Translations under genes and position numbers: made by a program
Notes under the pieces: model-generated
Databases searched by the model: none
Seen by the model: the letters and a program-made list of their open reading frames with translations, nothing else
What the model was told of the DNA's origin: nothing
Shown: positions 13,301-26,000 of the stretch, piece by piece
How the letters are laid out: the number at the start of each line of letters is the position of its first letter
How positions within the stretch are numbered: position 1 is the stretch's first letter
Assembly: GCF_037042905.1 (NCBI RefSeq)
Contig: NC_087260.1
Span: 22,382,001-22,446,000 of the forward strand
Reading direction: 5' to 3'
Length of the DNA stretch: 64,000 nucleotides
From: Lytechinus pictus
Lineage: Eukaryota

Positions 13301-16300
13301 TAACTTTACCAAATTGTGATTATCATATGGGATGCATAGCACCATATACAACAACTTGTGTATGGGATTTTGCCAATTTTGTCAAAGTACCAGATGAGAA
13401 TTTTCATAATTTCACATCCTAATTGAGGGATTTAATGACCGACCCCTTCTACAACATCATTTTTTAGCAATAATAGTTCCAATAAAGACCATGTTAGCTG
13501 TAGTTGTTATTTTTATTCAAAATTGAAAGCCAATATGTATACTTGTATAATGTTGTGTGGCTGCATTGATTTTTTGTATGTTACAGATGGATGAATCTCA
13601 ACAGCCACTGCGACCATACGAAAAGGTTGACACACTCAAGCAGTTCCTTGATCACGACCGTCACGTACTGCGCTTCTTGTGCGTCTGGGACGATCGTGAC
13701 AACATGTTTGGTGACCTCAGGGAGTTCTACCTGCACTACTTCCTGGCAGATGACACTATCGAGATCAAGGAGATCATCCAGCCCAACTCTGGCCGCGACA
13801 AGACTCCCATGTTCTTGAGGAGAGGGCGCCTGTCGAAGGTATCCCCAGAAGGCCTGAGACAACCTGGTGAGATCACTGGCAGGACCGTACTCAATGTCTT
13901 CGGACCTACCGGCCATGGAGGAAGATATATACTTGACAGTCTGAAGGTTAGTTTCACAGCTAGTCGTGCCGTAACATTTCCCCTGGCTACAATTGTTCTC
14001 TCCACTCCTATGATGTCTCAATACTATGATAAATATTGCTTGGCTTGGTCGATCAATCGTGCCTAAACAAGGTTTTATTGTGAGAATGGATCACCCATGT
14101 TAGCCATTTCCATTGCATATTTTACTTAATGACCTGTTTCTTTTGATTGTACTAGTCAAGCAATTTTTTAAAAAACTCTGCCCTTATTTTTCACAACCTT
14201 CAGACTGGGGCTGTCCACTCTGAATTCTACATGGACCATGATCTGACAATAGGGAGTACCATCAACGCCAACGGGCGTTGGTTGACCCTGGCGGACTGTG
14301 ATGATTTCACCAAGGAGTACTACACAAGGAAATATGGAGTCAGTAAGTACATGTACCATTTGATAGGAAATTTGGAGGGCATAAGGCAAGTACTCCTTTG
14401 CAGTGGGCCTTCATTTTTACATAATAATCAACATAAATATCATTGAAAAGATTGTGACAGCTCACAGCATATTTTTTTTCGCTGTACACATTGCTTGATA
14501 TTCCCTTCAATTCTTTATAGGCTTTACGCATATGACGTCATAATCTTGTAGTGCCCTCCAAGGCTCCATCAGAGGGTATAGGAATACACGTAAACGGAGT
14601 TTTCAGAGATGTGGCAGGTGCAGATCACCAACGCATGCAAGGCATTGAATTCAGCCTTTTAGATGGCGGCTCAGTGACATCAATGCTTAACCCTAACTAG
14701 GCCGGGCTTTTTTGGCTGTTTTGTGGCCGGGGGGGGGGGTTGATTCAACCCCCCCCCCCTGAGATCTCGGCCGCCGATCGTGTGAGCGCCGCAAAAATTT
14801 GCACGCTGGTAGTGTGCAATGTAATCTACAAGGCTGTATGGTAAAATTTTCCAAAATAATGAGATTTTATTTTATATGAATTAATTATGCTAATTTATGC
14901 ATAAATCATACTTTGCTCTAATTCACTAAATAAAGCTCCTAGAATGCTAATTTTTGGTAAAAATATTCTTTGTAGCATTCTTAACAATGGCAATTCAAAA
15001 AAACTTCGGTTTGGAAATCAATTTCTTATGTATTTTATTGTTTTATGAATTTCTTATGTATTTGTTTTGTTTTTCAACCTTTTGTTTTTCTTTGTTTTTT
15101 TCACCAGATTTATTGCACAACCTTTTTGAAGCATAATTATGCTAAAATCAATTGCTTTCAGCTGTTTAAAGTAAAAATAATAATATCTTTATGAATAAGA
15201 TGAGAAAACTCAATTTGCATTGACTTTGTACACAAAATCACGTTTTGGAACAATTTTTGGTCTGACATGCACTTACAAAATGTTGCGTAATTTCGGAACC
15301 GCGTACCCGGGCATCGTAAGTTTGGTCTCAAAAGATGCGCGAGACTTAAAAGTATAAACTCTGTGAGTGGCGCGGTCAAAAAATTTCGCGCGGGGGAATG
15401 ATCGCAGAAAATGTTGAGGGGGGTTGATTCAACCCCCCCCCCCCCCCCGGCCATTATTTAAGGCTTAAGGTCTATTCTCAATCACAGCGGACTGTAGTCT
15501 GTAAATTATAGGAATGCTCCTCACAGTAATTGTTTTTTTGCCTGACCCTTAATTCAACATTATATTTAAATCTCCATCTCAATTGCAGCAAGTCTAATGA
15601 TGCAATATATAAATCATATATTATTATTATTTTTATTATTATAACCTATATGAATGCTCCTCACTGTAATTGTTTCGCCTTGCCCATAACTTAAAATGCC
15701 CTTTGAATCACTATTCTCAATCACAGATGACTACAGTGCAGTGAACTATAGGAATGCTCCTGCAGGGGGGAGCAAGCGGGAGTGGCCACCATACACCGGC
15801 TTCGGCTCCGAAGAAGATTCCCTCTGCTCCTGCATGGGACTCCTGCCAAAGCCTCCACGTCGGGACTTCATCAAGTTCATGGAGAAAGACAGGTATAAAC
15901 ATGTGATATACGCTTTGCTCAGTCAGCACTTACGCCAACCGCACACACTTTGTGATAAGATTGCACTAAGACCCAATCGTAAAAGTTGCCGATCGTATCT
16001 CAGTGCAATCGCATCCCAGGCCAGCGCACACATTACGACAGCTCTGCAACGCGCTGCATCTCCATGCCACCTCCTCTTTTTCTTGTATGTCGTCTGTACT
16101 GCATCAGCTCAGTAAACTGGTGGTGATGTCAACGGATAGGACAAATCTGAGGCTGAAATTATAAAAAATGCAGGAGAATTGTAGGAAGATATGATATATT
16201 AAAGGACTTAAATTTGCATCTATTTTTATTGAGTCGATTGCTGAATTTAGGGGGCTATTCAAATCATTTGACAGGCTATTTGTTTCTCTCGCAAGAAGCG

Positions 16301-19300
16301 ATTATATGGTATAAATGCTGATATTATTTATTTTGTTAAATGTGGAATATTGATTTTTGAAATATTCTTTTATAGTTTTTTAGGTAAATCTTAGGGGTGA
16401 CTGTAGAAAAGATGGTTGCCCCAAAGTGTGCCATTTGGCAAATTTTAGGGGTGATTTGGATTGTAAGGAGGCTGAAATTGCCGTTTCCCTCATGTATTTT
16501 CCTATGCCGTTAAAAACACAACCAAACTAATGAATTGATTGCTATTGTTACAGACATGGATTGGATAGCAACGTTCTTCGATTTGTTGCCCGTCTCGACA
16601 CGACCAAACCAATCGATGTCGACCGTCGTTTCATCATCTCATACTTCCTGTCTGATGACACCATCGCAGTCTTTGAGCCACCTGAAAGGAATTCTGGTAA
16701 GCAAGGGAAAAATTATCATGAAATAATCTTTCAAGTGGTCAAAAAGGGCTTCTGAGAGAAAAATCATCAAACTCTCCTTAGATGTATGAATTTTGTTTAT
16801 ATTATTAAGTATTTACTGAAAATTTAAACACGTCAACAAATATAATAACAAAGAAAGAAAAGTACAACCATGCACACCAATTTAAAAATCTAGGCATTAT
16901 AGAAGAAAAATAAAAAGTCAAACCTTCATTCATGAAAATGTGCAGAAAGTTTACCTGTGTTTTTTTAAAGATTCTGTATTATAATTTTTTTCATAATGGG
17001 CTAATGTACATGACTAACCAATATTTCAATATTTGATAAATTTGTGGAGGAACAAGATTTTGAACCAATTAAAGAAATATTGAAAATGTATTGATTTTAC
17101 TGATAACTAAAATATTTGATGCTCTAAGACTAAAATATTTATTTCTTGTATTGATTATGAATGTGGTAAGATCTATCTACTTAATCAAATTCCTTTTATT
17201 GAAGTTTAATCCATCCACATGTGACATCTTTTCCCAAATCATTGTTTCGATCAATCCTAGTATTACCTCTTTGTTACATATTTATTTAAAATAAACTTAC
17301 TAACAACCTCTTCCCAAAAAAACTACTGGAGAAAACATTTATCTTGTTGCAAATTATGTACACATTTATCATTTATATAAATGTGAAAGTAATAACTTAC
17401 AGTGGCAACCTAATCCCCAGGAATCATTGGGAGTAAACATATTCTGTTCGACTCATTTTATGTATGTGGACATGAAAATAAAAACGGGCAATCTCATCCC
17501 CATGCAGGAATCATCGGAGGCAAGTTCCTCGAGCGTGGCCGCGTCAAGAAGCCTAACCAGCCGCGGTTTGCAACAAAGCACTCTGAGTATTTCATGGCCA
17601 GCGACCTCTATGTTGGTAGTCGCCTCAATTTCAATAGCTACTACTTCATCCTCATCGATGCCGACGAGTACGCATTCAGATACATGGAGAAAAACGCAGA
17701 TGTGGTAAGGAACGTTTACCATCTGACAAACATGGTAGATTAAATCCCATTTGGGACATAAAGTACACCAAATTTTTTATTTGTTTGAATAACTTTTGAT
17801 GTAAAGCCCCATTAAATATTCAACAATTCTTAAGAAGCATACAAAAATCTACATACATTTTATCAATTTCCTTTGTTTCCCTATTTCATATTCAATGTTA
17901 TGCTGTAAATTTTAAAGGAAATAATCAAACTCTTCAGATTTCCATTGCAAAGTTAATATTAAAATGTATTTTTTTCCTGTACAAATATACAAGACTGTTT
18001 TTTCCTTTATCAATCTTTATTTCAGATGAATAAACTATAGAGCAAAAGAACAGGAATATCAGAATTCTTATGTTGCACACACAAATTTTGCAACATCTGA
18101 CTTCAAAAGATATTCTTCATCAATCTTTATTTCCGATCAATGAACGAAAACTCTCAATAAAGCAAAAATGCATTTCTTTAACAGAATTCCACTGAACATT
18201 TTAAGAAAAGAAATATAAGCTGATAACGGGTTCTAACGATCCAGTGAGCATGTAACTTGAATTGATGTTGACCATTTATTGTTTTTTGTTGTGATTTGCA
18301 GTTTGCGATGGCAAACATTGCTTTCATCACTGATAAGATTGGTAAAATTGCCTCTCAGCACAAGGAGCAAATCAAAGAATTCCTGAGACGCAACGATCCC
18401 AGTAATTCAGGACATCTCGAGTTTGACCTGTTCAGGTGAGTTACAATTTAACAGTGGCCATTCCCCCACACATTAAACCTATGTAGTAAACAAATTTTAG
18501 CAAAGTTAAAGCCATTTTTTTGTAGTCTTGATTGTACGGATCAGATAAAAAAATTCTTTGGGGGGCGTACCTTCTTACAACCTAGTGAACCTTACTGTCT
18601 AAATCTTCCAACATTGGATAAGCTTTAATATTGCTGTGAATGGGGATTTTCGGCGCTCTTTATTACTTTTTGGGACACTTGTTAATTTTAAAATCACCCT
18701 GAGCCTCTGTGTAATTTTTTCCCTGATGCAGATAAGTTATATTACTTGTGATTTTAGTGTTTTTGTGTGTTTTTGGCATATTATTGACATGTAAGCCAAC
18801 TTATTCACATCACTCAGTTAGTTTATACAATTTTTATGAATGTTTACAGAATATTGACGTTATTTGAAGATTAATTTTTGATGATTCAGTGTTTGTGGGC
18901 ATGGTGACCATATTCACAATTCCAACCATTGATTTCTTGACATCTTTAAACAGGAACCTGCTAGTCCAGCTCGGAGGGAGCCATCTATCGGAGCACGAGA
19001 TCGTTGTCCTCGGCCGCTACTACAGCGACACCCAGGATGTCAAACTCAGCATGGAGACTCTAGTGTCCATCGTGCAGGAGCAGCTCAAGAAGAACAGCTT
19101 TGAGAACTTTGCCAAGCTCCTGGAAGGCTTCCTGCAGCATGACACAGACAAGTCTGGCTACCTGGACGCGGCCTTGGTCCGCAGTACCTGCAACGCATTC
19201 CACCTGCCTCTCCCTGATGATCTCCTGAGGGCACTCCTATCAAGGTAAGATCAGTGCCATATATTAGACAACCTGGGCCCCATTGCATAAACATTACCAT

Positions 19301-19900
19301 AATGATAAATTTGCCATCCACTGGTAACTACCATGGCAACAATTATAAATACCCAATGAAAATCTAGGATTCCATGCAAGTTACCATTGCATAGCAAACC
19401 ATTATGGTAACTTCTCATGCAATGGGGCCCTGGGACCTGTTGTAGGAAGGGTAGCGTTTATATGCAACTAAACAAATCAAGCATAAGTCCCTAATACGCA
19501 CATTTCATTGGTTAAAAGTCGAGTTGCGTTTGATTCTGGAGTTGTGTGGATCACCACTCTTTATTCAGTTTTAGACTACTCTCAGACTATTTTACAGCAA
19601 ATTTCTAAATATTTTATTTCAGTACTGTCACAACTCTTTATTGAATTTAAAAAATAGAACACCCTTTTTCTAATTTTTTCTTTTTTTTTCTCCCACACCA
19701 GACTTCAAAAGAACGAAGATGGTCTCGTCAACTACAATGCCCTTGTCACTCACTTGAACTGGTGTGACCACGCTGTGACGACTGCCCAGTACATTCAACC
19801 GCCCGCCAAGTTTGACGAATCATGGACAGGCAAGGAGGACGACCGTGTCAAGAGGGTCAACTACATGGCTCTCCTCCAGTCGGTGTTCCCAGATATGTAA
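7337..19900 (+). CDS. EFHC2: EF-hand domain-containing family member C2 (three DM10 domains plus EF-hand region; ciliary microtubule inner protein, RIB72 family), 743 aa
   Basis: Exons: 7337-7378, 9354-9690, 12494-12717, 13587-13946, 14204-14342, 15727-15892, 16554-16696, 17508-17704, 18302-18435, 18954-19244, 19702-19900. All are GT-AG, phases are consistent and the total is 2232 nt. The N-terminus MSLPFLPGNSFNPRLGKDKFHKSQHF matches EFHC2. DM10 motifs VLHFDAFF..YLEDDSIQV, VLRFLCVWD..YFLADDTIEI and VLRFVARL..YFLSDDTIAVFE are present. Confidence 0.95.
10601..11345. mobile_element. Non-autonomous TTAA-CCCT-type DNA transposon remnant in EFHC2 intron 2
   Basis: Starts ttaaccctaaaaagactggggggg and ends cccccccagtct...cccagtctatttaagtta. 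It shares internal sequence (gttccgaaattacgcaacattttgtaagtgcatg) in inverted orientation with the element at 14688-15461. Confidence 0.55.
12734..13070. mobile_element. Truncated TTAA/AGG-terminus (Kolobok-like) repeat
   Basis: Start reads ttaa|aggtcaagtccactccagaaaaatg, the same terminal style as the intact element at 26863. The right end was not found. Confidence 0.35.
14688..15461. mobile_element. Non-autonomous TTAA-CCCT-type DNA transposon in EFHC2 intron 5
   Basis: Starts ttaaccctaactaggccggg. Subterminal palindromes ggggggttgattcaacccccc occur at both ends and ggccgggggg/ccccccggcc are inverted. Confidence 0.6.
19273..19432. mobile_element. Short palindromic MITE carrying X-box-like motifs
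   Basis: TIRs CTGGGCCCCATTGCAT and ATGCAATGGGGCCCTG. Internal CTACCATGGCAAC and GTTACCAT motifs. Confidence 0.65.
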
Positions 19901-21609
19901 ATGAAAGAACTTTTTGAAAGCTTGATATCTATGAACATGGCAAAAAGAGTATCAAAGACTTTCATTCTACTGACGATCCTCTGTATTGCATGGACAAGCA
20001 ACATTGGTAGATGGATTGCTGAAGACTGCTGTTATTTATGTTAAGTTTAGAATGAGAACACGATGGTCATTTCTTTGGATGGAGAAAGGATGGAATGAAA
20101 TAATGTAAATTATAAAAATATAATCTGATTGCGTGGGATATTGCAACCCTATAGATTGAGGTATTCATGTCAATAAGAAAACACGTTATCAACAGCCCAA
20201 CTTATACTTGTTAACTGCTCCATGTTTTAAAGGTCAAACTTGTTACTTAGTTTGATTTAAACATTTTTTCACTTTGGAAGTTTTTCTCCTTTGTCAATTT
20301 TCAACTCCTCTTGTCAAACAAGTTCAGAGTTTTACATACATGTACACTCATTGAGTTCCATGAATTTAGTTTTTCTTATCCGTCCGTCTGCAAGCCTTCA
20401 TGCCTTTTTTTCTACATAGAAATTTACACCGTCCATCTATCTATGCACTTTTGATGACACGAGTTATGAAAACTTGAAATAAATTCTGATTGCATATTCT
20501 GCCTTACTACCATGCAATATATTTTGCGTCCACTATTTGCATGCTATTTCATAAGCCAGATGATAGGCCTTTGAAAGTGATATACTATTTGCCAGAGGCC
20601 TGTTGCAGAAAAGGTTCATTTGAACGCAATTGAAGATTTAGAAAAATCAAACAGATTCCCAATACGTGCCTCTGAAAATCTAGTTGCGTTTGATTTTGGA
20701 GTTGTGTTTGATCATAACTCTTTTTGCAACTGGCCCTAAATCTCAGATTATCATATTGTGTATTGAATTCTAGAGTTAAATTAATATTTTGTCTTGATAT
20801 GGTACCTGTACTACATGTACCGTTGCCTATTCCAAATTTAGGTAGACTCTTCTATGGAAGATGTAAATATGTCTATATGAAGATTTTTTTCTGTGTGTAT
20901 TATATGCAATTAATGGAATCTGCATCCATGATCATGTGTTAATGTATTTATTATCAGATATTGAACCAACTATTGGCTCAGCAAAACTTCAGTGTCATGT
21001 TGTATAACTTAAATCAAATCAAAATATTTCCCAAGACTATAATTCCATTCCATTGGTTGGTTGAAGTCTTTATAAAGAACCATTTATTATGAATGAACGA
21101 TATCTACATGTACATGTTTTAACTATATATTATGTATATATGCAACAAATAAAGAGCATTTCAAAGACTTTAAGATATGTGTACTTTACATTATTTAATA
21201 TTGTCTTGCATGAAATTCAGGCATCAATAACAATATATCAATGGCATAGTAACATCTACTTCATACATTTACATACATGTAGCTCCATCAAATCAAATCT
21301 ACATAACGTTTACCACTTAAACATAAATCCAAATGTAGTGGCTAGTTATTCTAACATAAATTATAAGAAAAAATAAAAGGAAGAACACTTTTTTTGCCTG
21401 TTATGCGGTATTTTTTTAATACAAGACACTTGTAGAATTTGATACTGAATGCTGGTAATTACATGCGACCTGCATGGATGTGGTTGAAGCAGGCCTCAAG
21501 GCCATATTTTGATGGCCTTGGCCCGAGTCGCATACAAAGTCTATGGGATAAGCTTTCTCCAGCGGCCTTGCGACTCAGAAATACTAAACCCAACAACATC
21601 CCTGAAGAA

Positions 21610-21786
21610 CTGGGGGTCGTTTCATAAAGCTGTGGTTAAGTTAAGAGCAACTTAAAGAACGAATGGTGATCCTTTCTTACGCGCAAAACCATCGCTAATG
21701 AATATACCATTCGCCATAAGAAAGGATCACCAGTCGTTCTTAAAGTCACTCTTAAATTCCAAACAGCTTTATGAAACACCCACCAG
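21610..21786. mobile_element. Short palindromic MITE
   Basis: ctgggggtcgtttcataaagctgt ... acagctttatgaaacacccaccag, with an internal inverted repeat ggtgatcctttctta/taagaaaggatcacc. Confidence 0.65.
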
Positions 21787-23064
21787 AATCCTATTACATA
21801 AAGCTTAGCGATTGATTAAACAGATCATAGGGATGATTTTATGATTGATCTTTTCCCAAAATCAATCCAACCAATCGTATAAATCAGCCCCTTTGATCAA
21901 TCACGAAACCTCATGTTATAGGGCTCCGAGAACGAAAACAATGTACAGAAAAAAATCAATTCCCTTTGCAATACTGTGTGCTGCATGGTTCTTTCATAAC
22001 AGTTGTTTAACTTGGACTATCATTACACCTTCTAAATTCGAAATCAACCAACGTTACAAAAATCATTAATTTGAAACTGAAAATAGTAACTTTCTAAATC
22101 AAATTGCCAATTCATTTTGAGCTATATTATCTATTTTCTACTTTTTCGAACTATGAAAGAGGGTAGAACAATATAATTTGATAAGTGAAAGGTGATTGAA
22201 TTAGACTTTAGGAATTTTTTTTTATATGTTCCTCTGTACGGGTTGTAAAATATTGTGATAAACACCATATCTGAAATGTGAAAGGGGGATATATTCCTCA
22301 AGTTGTGTGTTGTGATTTAATAACAATTGAACAGCTTTGAATTGGGAAATCATCAATATAATTGGGCAAAAAGGAGGCTATGAAAATAAAATTGTAAATA
22401 CTAATACACTATCCATGTAGCCTGTGTATTTCAAATATTCTAGAAACCCCATAAAGTGCTCTACATTTTACATCTTTTAAAGGTAAAGTCCTAACCCTAA
22501 CCCTATGGTTAGATATTTTTATAGTCCAGGATAAGTGAATCAATATAATTACATTTTTGCAGACATACAAAATATTCATATTCTATTCATCCCTAGAGTG
22601 AGTTTGTTAAATGATACATCCTTGCCCCAAAAAGTGTTAATGTTAAAAGGATAAACGTGGGTCAGCTGCTCGACTGCAGATAACAATGGATGTATTAATG
22701 TGCAACCGCTGTTTCTAATGATCGTAGGACTTATGAAGTGATTTTACCAACTGACTGCTGAAGTTTGAAATTACCATAGGCTTTCAACCTGGAAGACTTG
22801 ATTTAAGTAGGTGAGGAGTTAAGCAGCTCCAAGTTCACATCTCTGAATTGATGACTGCAGCTGTCAGTGATATCGAACCATGAAATAAAAACAGAAAATT
22901 CTTCAGACAAGCTTAAACGTTATGAGTGTTTGGGCGATGGACTCATGGTCGTCCTTTCAGCATACTAAGGATATGATTTTTGGTGATTCTTTATTTTACA
23001 GGGCAGGATTTTCAGAGATATAACTTTGAATAGTCCCTTTAATTGTGATTGACGATGACATTCC

Positions 23065-26000
23065 TCATTCCTCTTGAGTGACTTCATGGGGTGGTTTCCA
23101 CTGCCTAAGCTTCTCCAGAACGCTATCAACCTCCTCCTTTCTCTCCAACAGGCCTAGTCTGAAGTTTTCAATTCTCTCATTCTCAGCAGTCAGCATTGAC
23201 CTGCATGGAGAAAGAAAAATGGCATTCAGTTGCCTGGGTGGGATAAGAAACAATTTCATTTCTTGGCTCTTGCTTTATTCCTCTCTCTAAAGCTTAAACC
23301 ACCTCCCCCATCTCTCCTCTATTTTTATTATTATTTTTGAAATCCCCCCATCCCTCTTTCTTTATGTCTATAAATCTTATTCGAACCCATCATCTCCCCC
23401 CTCCCTCTATTCTTCCATCTCTCCTGGGGGGGGGGGGGGCATATGCCGCATTGCCATCAGGTGGACACAAAAGCACTTCAAAAAGATTTTCACAAACATC
23501 AGGAAAAACGGATATACATTTCAACCCAGCCTATGTGAGTATACATTATATCACCCTATCATTAAACTCAGGTAGGGGGAACCGAAAAGTATACGTTGAG
23601 GTCGAATGATGATTACTTGTATAAGGGTTCATTTTGAAAGTCCATGTGCAAGTATTAATTGTATTCACCTTCTAATGACAGAACCCCCCCCCCCTTTTCC
23701 CCGGGCTTCTCTCCCTAGATCCCTTTCTTATCATGTTATTTTTATATATTTTTTAAAAATATATACCAACACTTACATAACTTCTCTCTGCACACTTGCT
23801 GACAATCCTTGCTCTTCCTGTCTTGCTTTGGTTTGTTTGAGTGACTCTTGCAGCTCTGAAATGTGCTGTTTCTTCTTTTCACTTTCCGTCTTTACAGCTA
23901 CCACTTAAAGACAAAATTCAAGACAAAATAACTTTCAACATGCAATCCCTAAAGCAAATGAAATAGTGCCACTCTTCATCAAAATCAAATCAGAGCTGGC
24001 AGCCTAATTGGAACAAAAGTCCCACCATTCTCTCTGAAAAATCCTATTTTGGCCCAATTAACGTAGGGGCAAGTGACATGTAAGTTTTTAAGAACATGTA
24101 AATGAAGGAAAGAAACAACCAAACTGAACATGAGTCTATTAAAACATGACAATTGAAGGAACTTGTGCAAATATTAGGTTGATTTCTGTAAAACATTGCA
24201 ATCGAAACAGTTATGAAAGTGATAAAATGAAATAACTGGCATTCACATGCAAGAAATTTGTGTTCCTGAGCCCACAACTTCATGAAAATTAGAGATAATT
24301 GTTTTTTCAACACTTATGAAGACAAAGCGGTAAACATGTACATGTAGATAAAGTGGCATTTTATCCTAATATCTTATATTTACCTTCTTTATCAAGTTCT
24401 TGTGCCTTCTGTTTCATTAGCTCAATTTCATTCAAGAGAGACTCATCTGTCTGGAAAATCAAAAATAGATTTTAATTAAAACAAGTGGAATGCCTCTGGC
24501 CGTCTCACCTGCATCACGCGATTCAATATAGCAGCAGTGCTGATTTTGAAAACTACTATAACTCGCACAAGATGTTCAGTGATACTTGGTTACTCTTATT
24601 TCCACGTTTTATGAACTAGACCAATACACTTATAGAGATATGATGGCAATTCAACAAATTCCCCCAACGTGGCCAAAGTTCTTTGACCTTACATGACCTT
24701 TGACCTTGATCATGTGACCTGAAACTCGCACAGGATGTTCAGTGATACTTGATTACTATTATGTCCAAGTTTTATGAACTAGACCAACACACTTTCAAAT
24801 TTATGGCTGTAATTCAACAAATACCCCAATTTGGCCAAAGTTCATTGACCCTAAATGACCTTTGACCTTGATCATGTGACCTGAAACTTGCACAGGATGT
24901 TCAGTAATACTTGATTACTATTATGTCCAAGTTTCATGAATCAGATCCATAAACTTTCAAAGTTATGATGGTAATTCAACAGATACCCCCCAATTCGGCC
25001 AAAGTTCATTGACCCTAAATGACCTTTGACCTTGGTCATGTGATGTGAAACTCATGCAGGATGTTCAGTGATACTTGATTAACCTTATGTATAAGTTTCA
25101 TGAACTAGGTCCATATATTTTCTAAGTTATGATGACATTTCAAAAACTTAACCTTAGGTTAAGATTTTGATGTTGATTCCCCCAACATGGTCTAAGTTCA
25201 TTGACCCTAAATGACCTTTGACCTTGGTCATGTGACATGAAACTCAGGCAGGATGTTCAGTAATACTTGATTAACCTTATGGCCAAGTTTCATGAACTAG
25301 GTCCATATACTTTCTAAGTTATGCTGTCATTTCAAAAACTTAACCTCAGGTTAAGATTTGGTGTTGACGCCGCCGCCGCCGTCGCCGTCGGAAAAGCGGC
25401 GCCTATAGTCTCACTCTGCTATGCAGGTGAGACAAAAATAGAGTAAAATTATAAATCAGATTTTTGAAAGGATTAATTGCAATATGCAGAAGTCTAAAAT
25501 AGGATGAAGTTTTCTATAATCGGTTATTAATCACAAAATGCAAAGTTAATTTCATTCAGGCGACCCCCCCATGATGATTAATAGTCTTGTCATGAAATTG
25601 ATGAAGTTAACCCAAGACCTCTTCTTTATGGAGCGTCAGTTACAACTCATTCAAAAAGTATAAATTATTTCAACTCTACAGTGAAATACGCACAAAATGA
25701 TTATTTGGAATGAGAATAGACGGATGATTCATTAGTAAATGATGTCAATCAATTCTTTGGCATGGATATTGAATCCATTAAACATGAATCATCCTTATCA
25801 TGAATTCATTATACTGAATAAGGTAACTAAACTGTAGCAGTCCATACTAAAATTTATTAATTCAGTAGAGTTAAATCTTGATTTACTTTAAGATTAACAA
25901 TCGTTTTCTTATGACAGTCCATGTTACTTTGGTTATTATTACAACTTTTATGAAACAGGATTAAGGAGTTATGCAGGTTACTTTTTTCGTTGTTTGCTAT

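Noticed and set aside
13581-14021. Antisense ORFs over EFHC2 exons (also 12499-12861 and 17453-17722)
   Set aside because: They are shadow frames of codon-biased coding exons.
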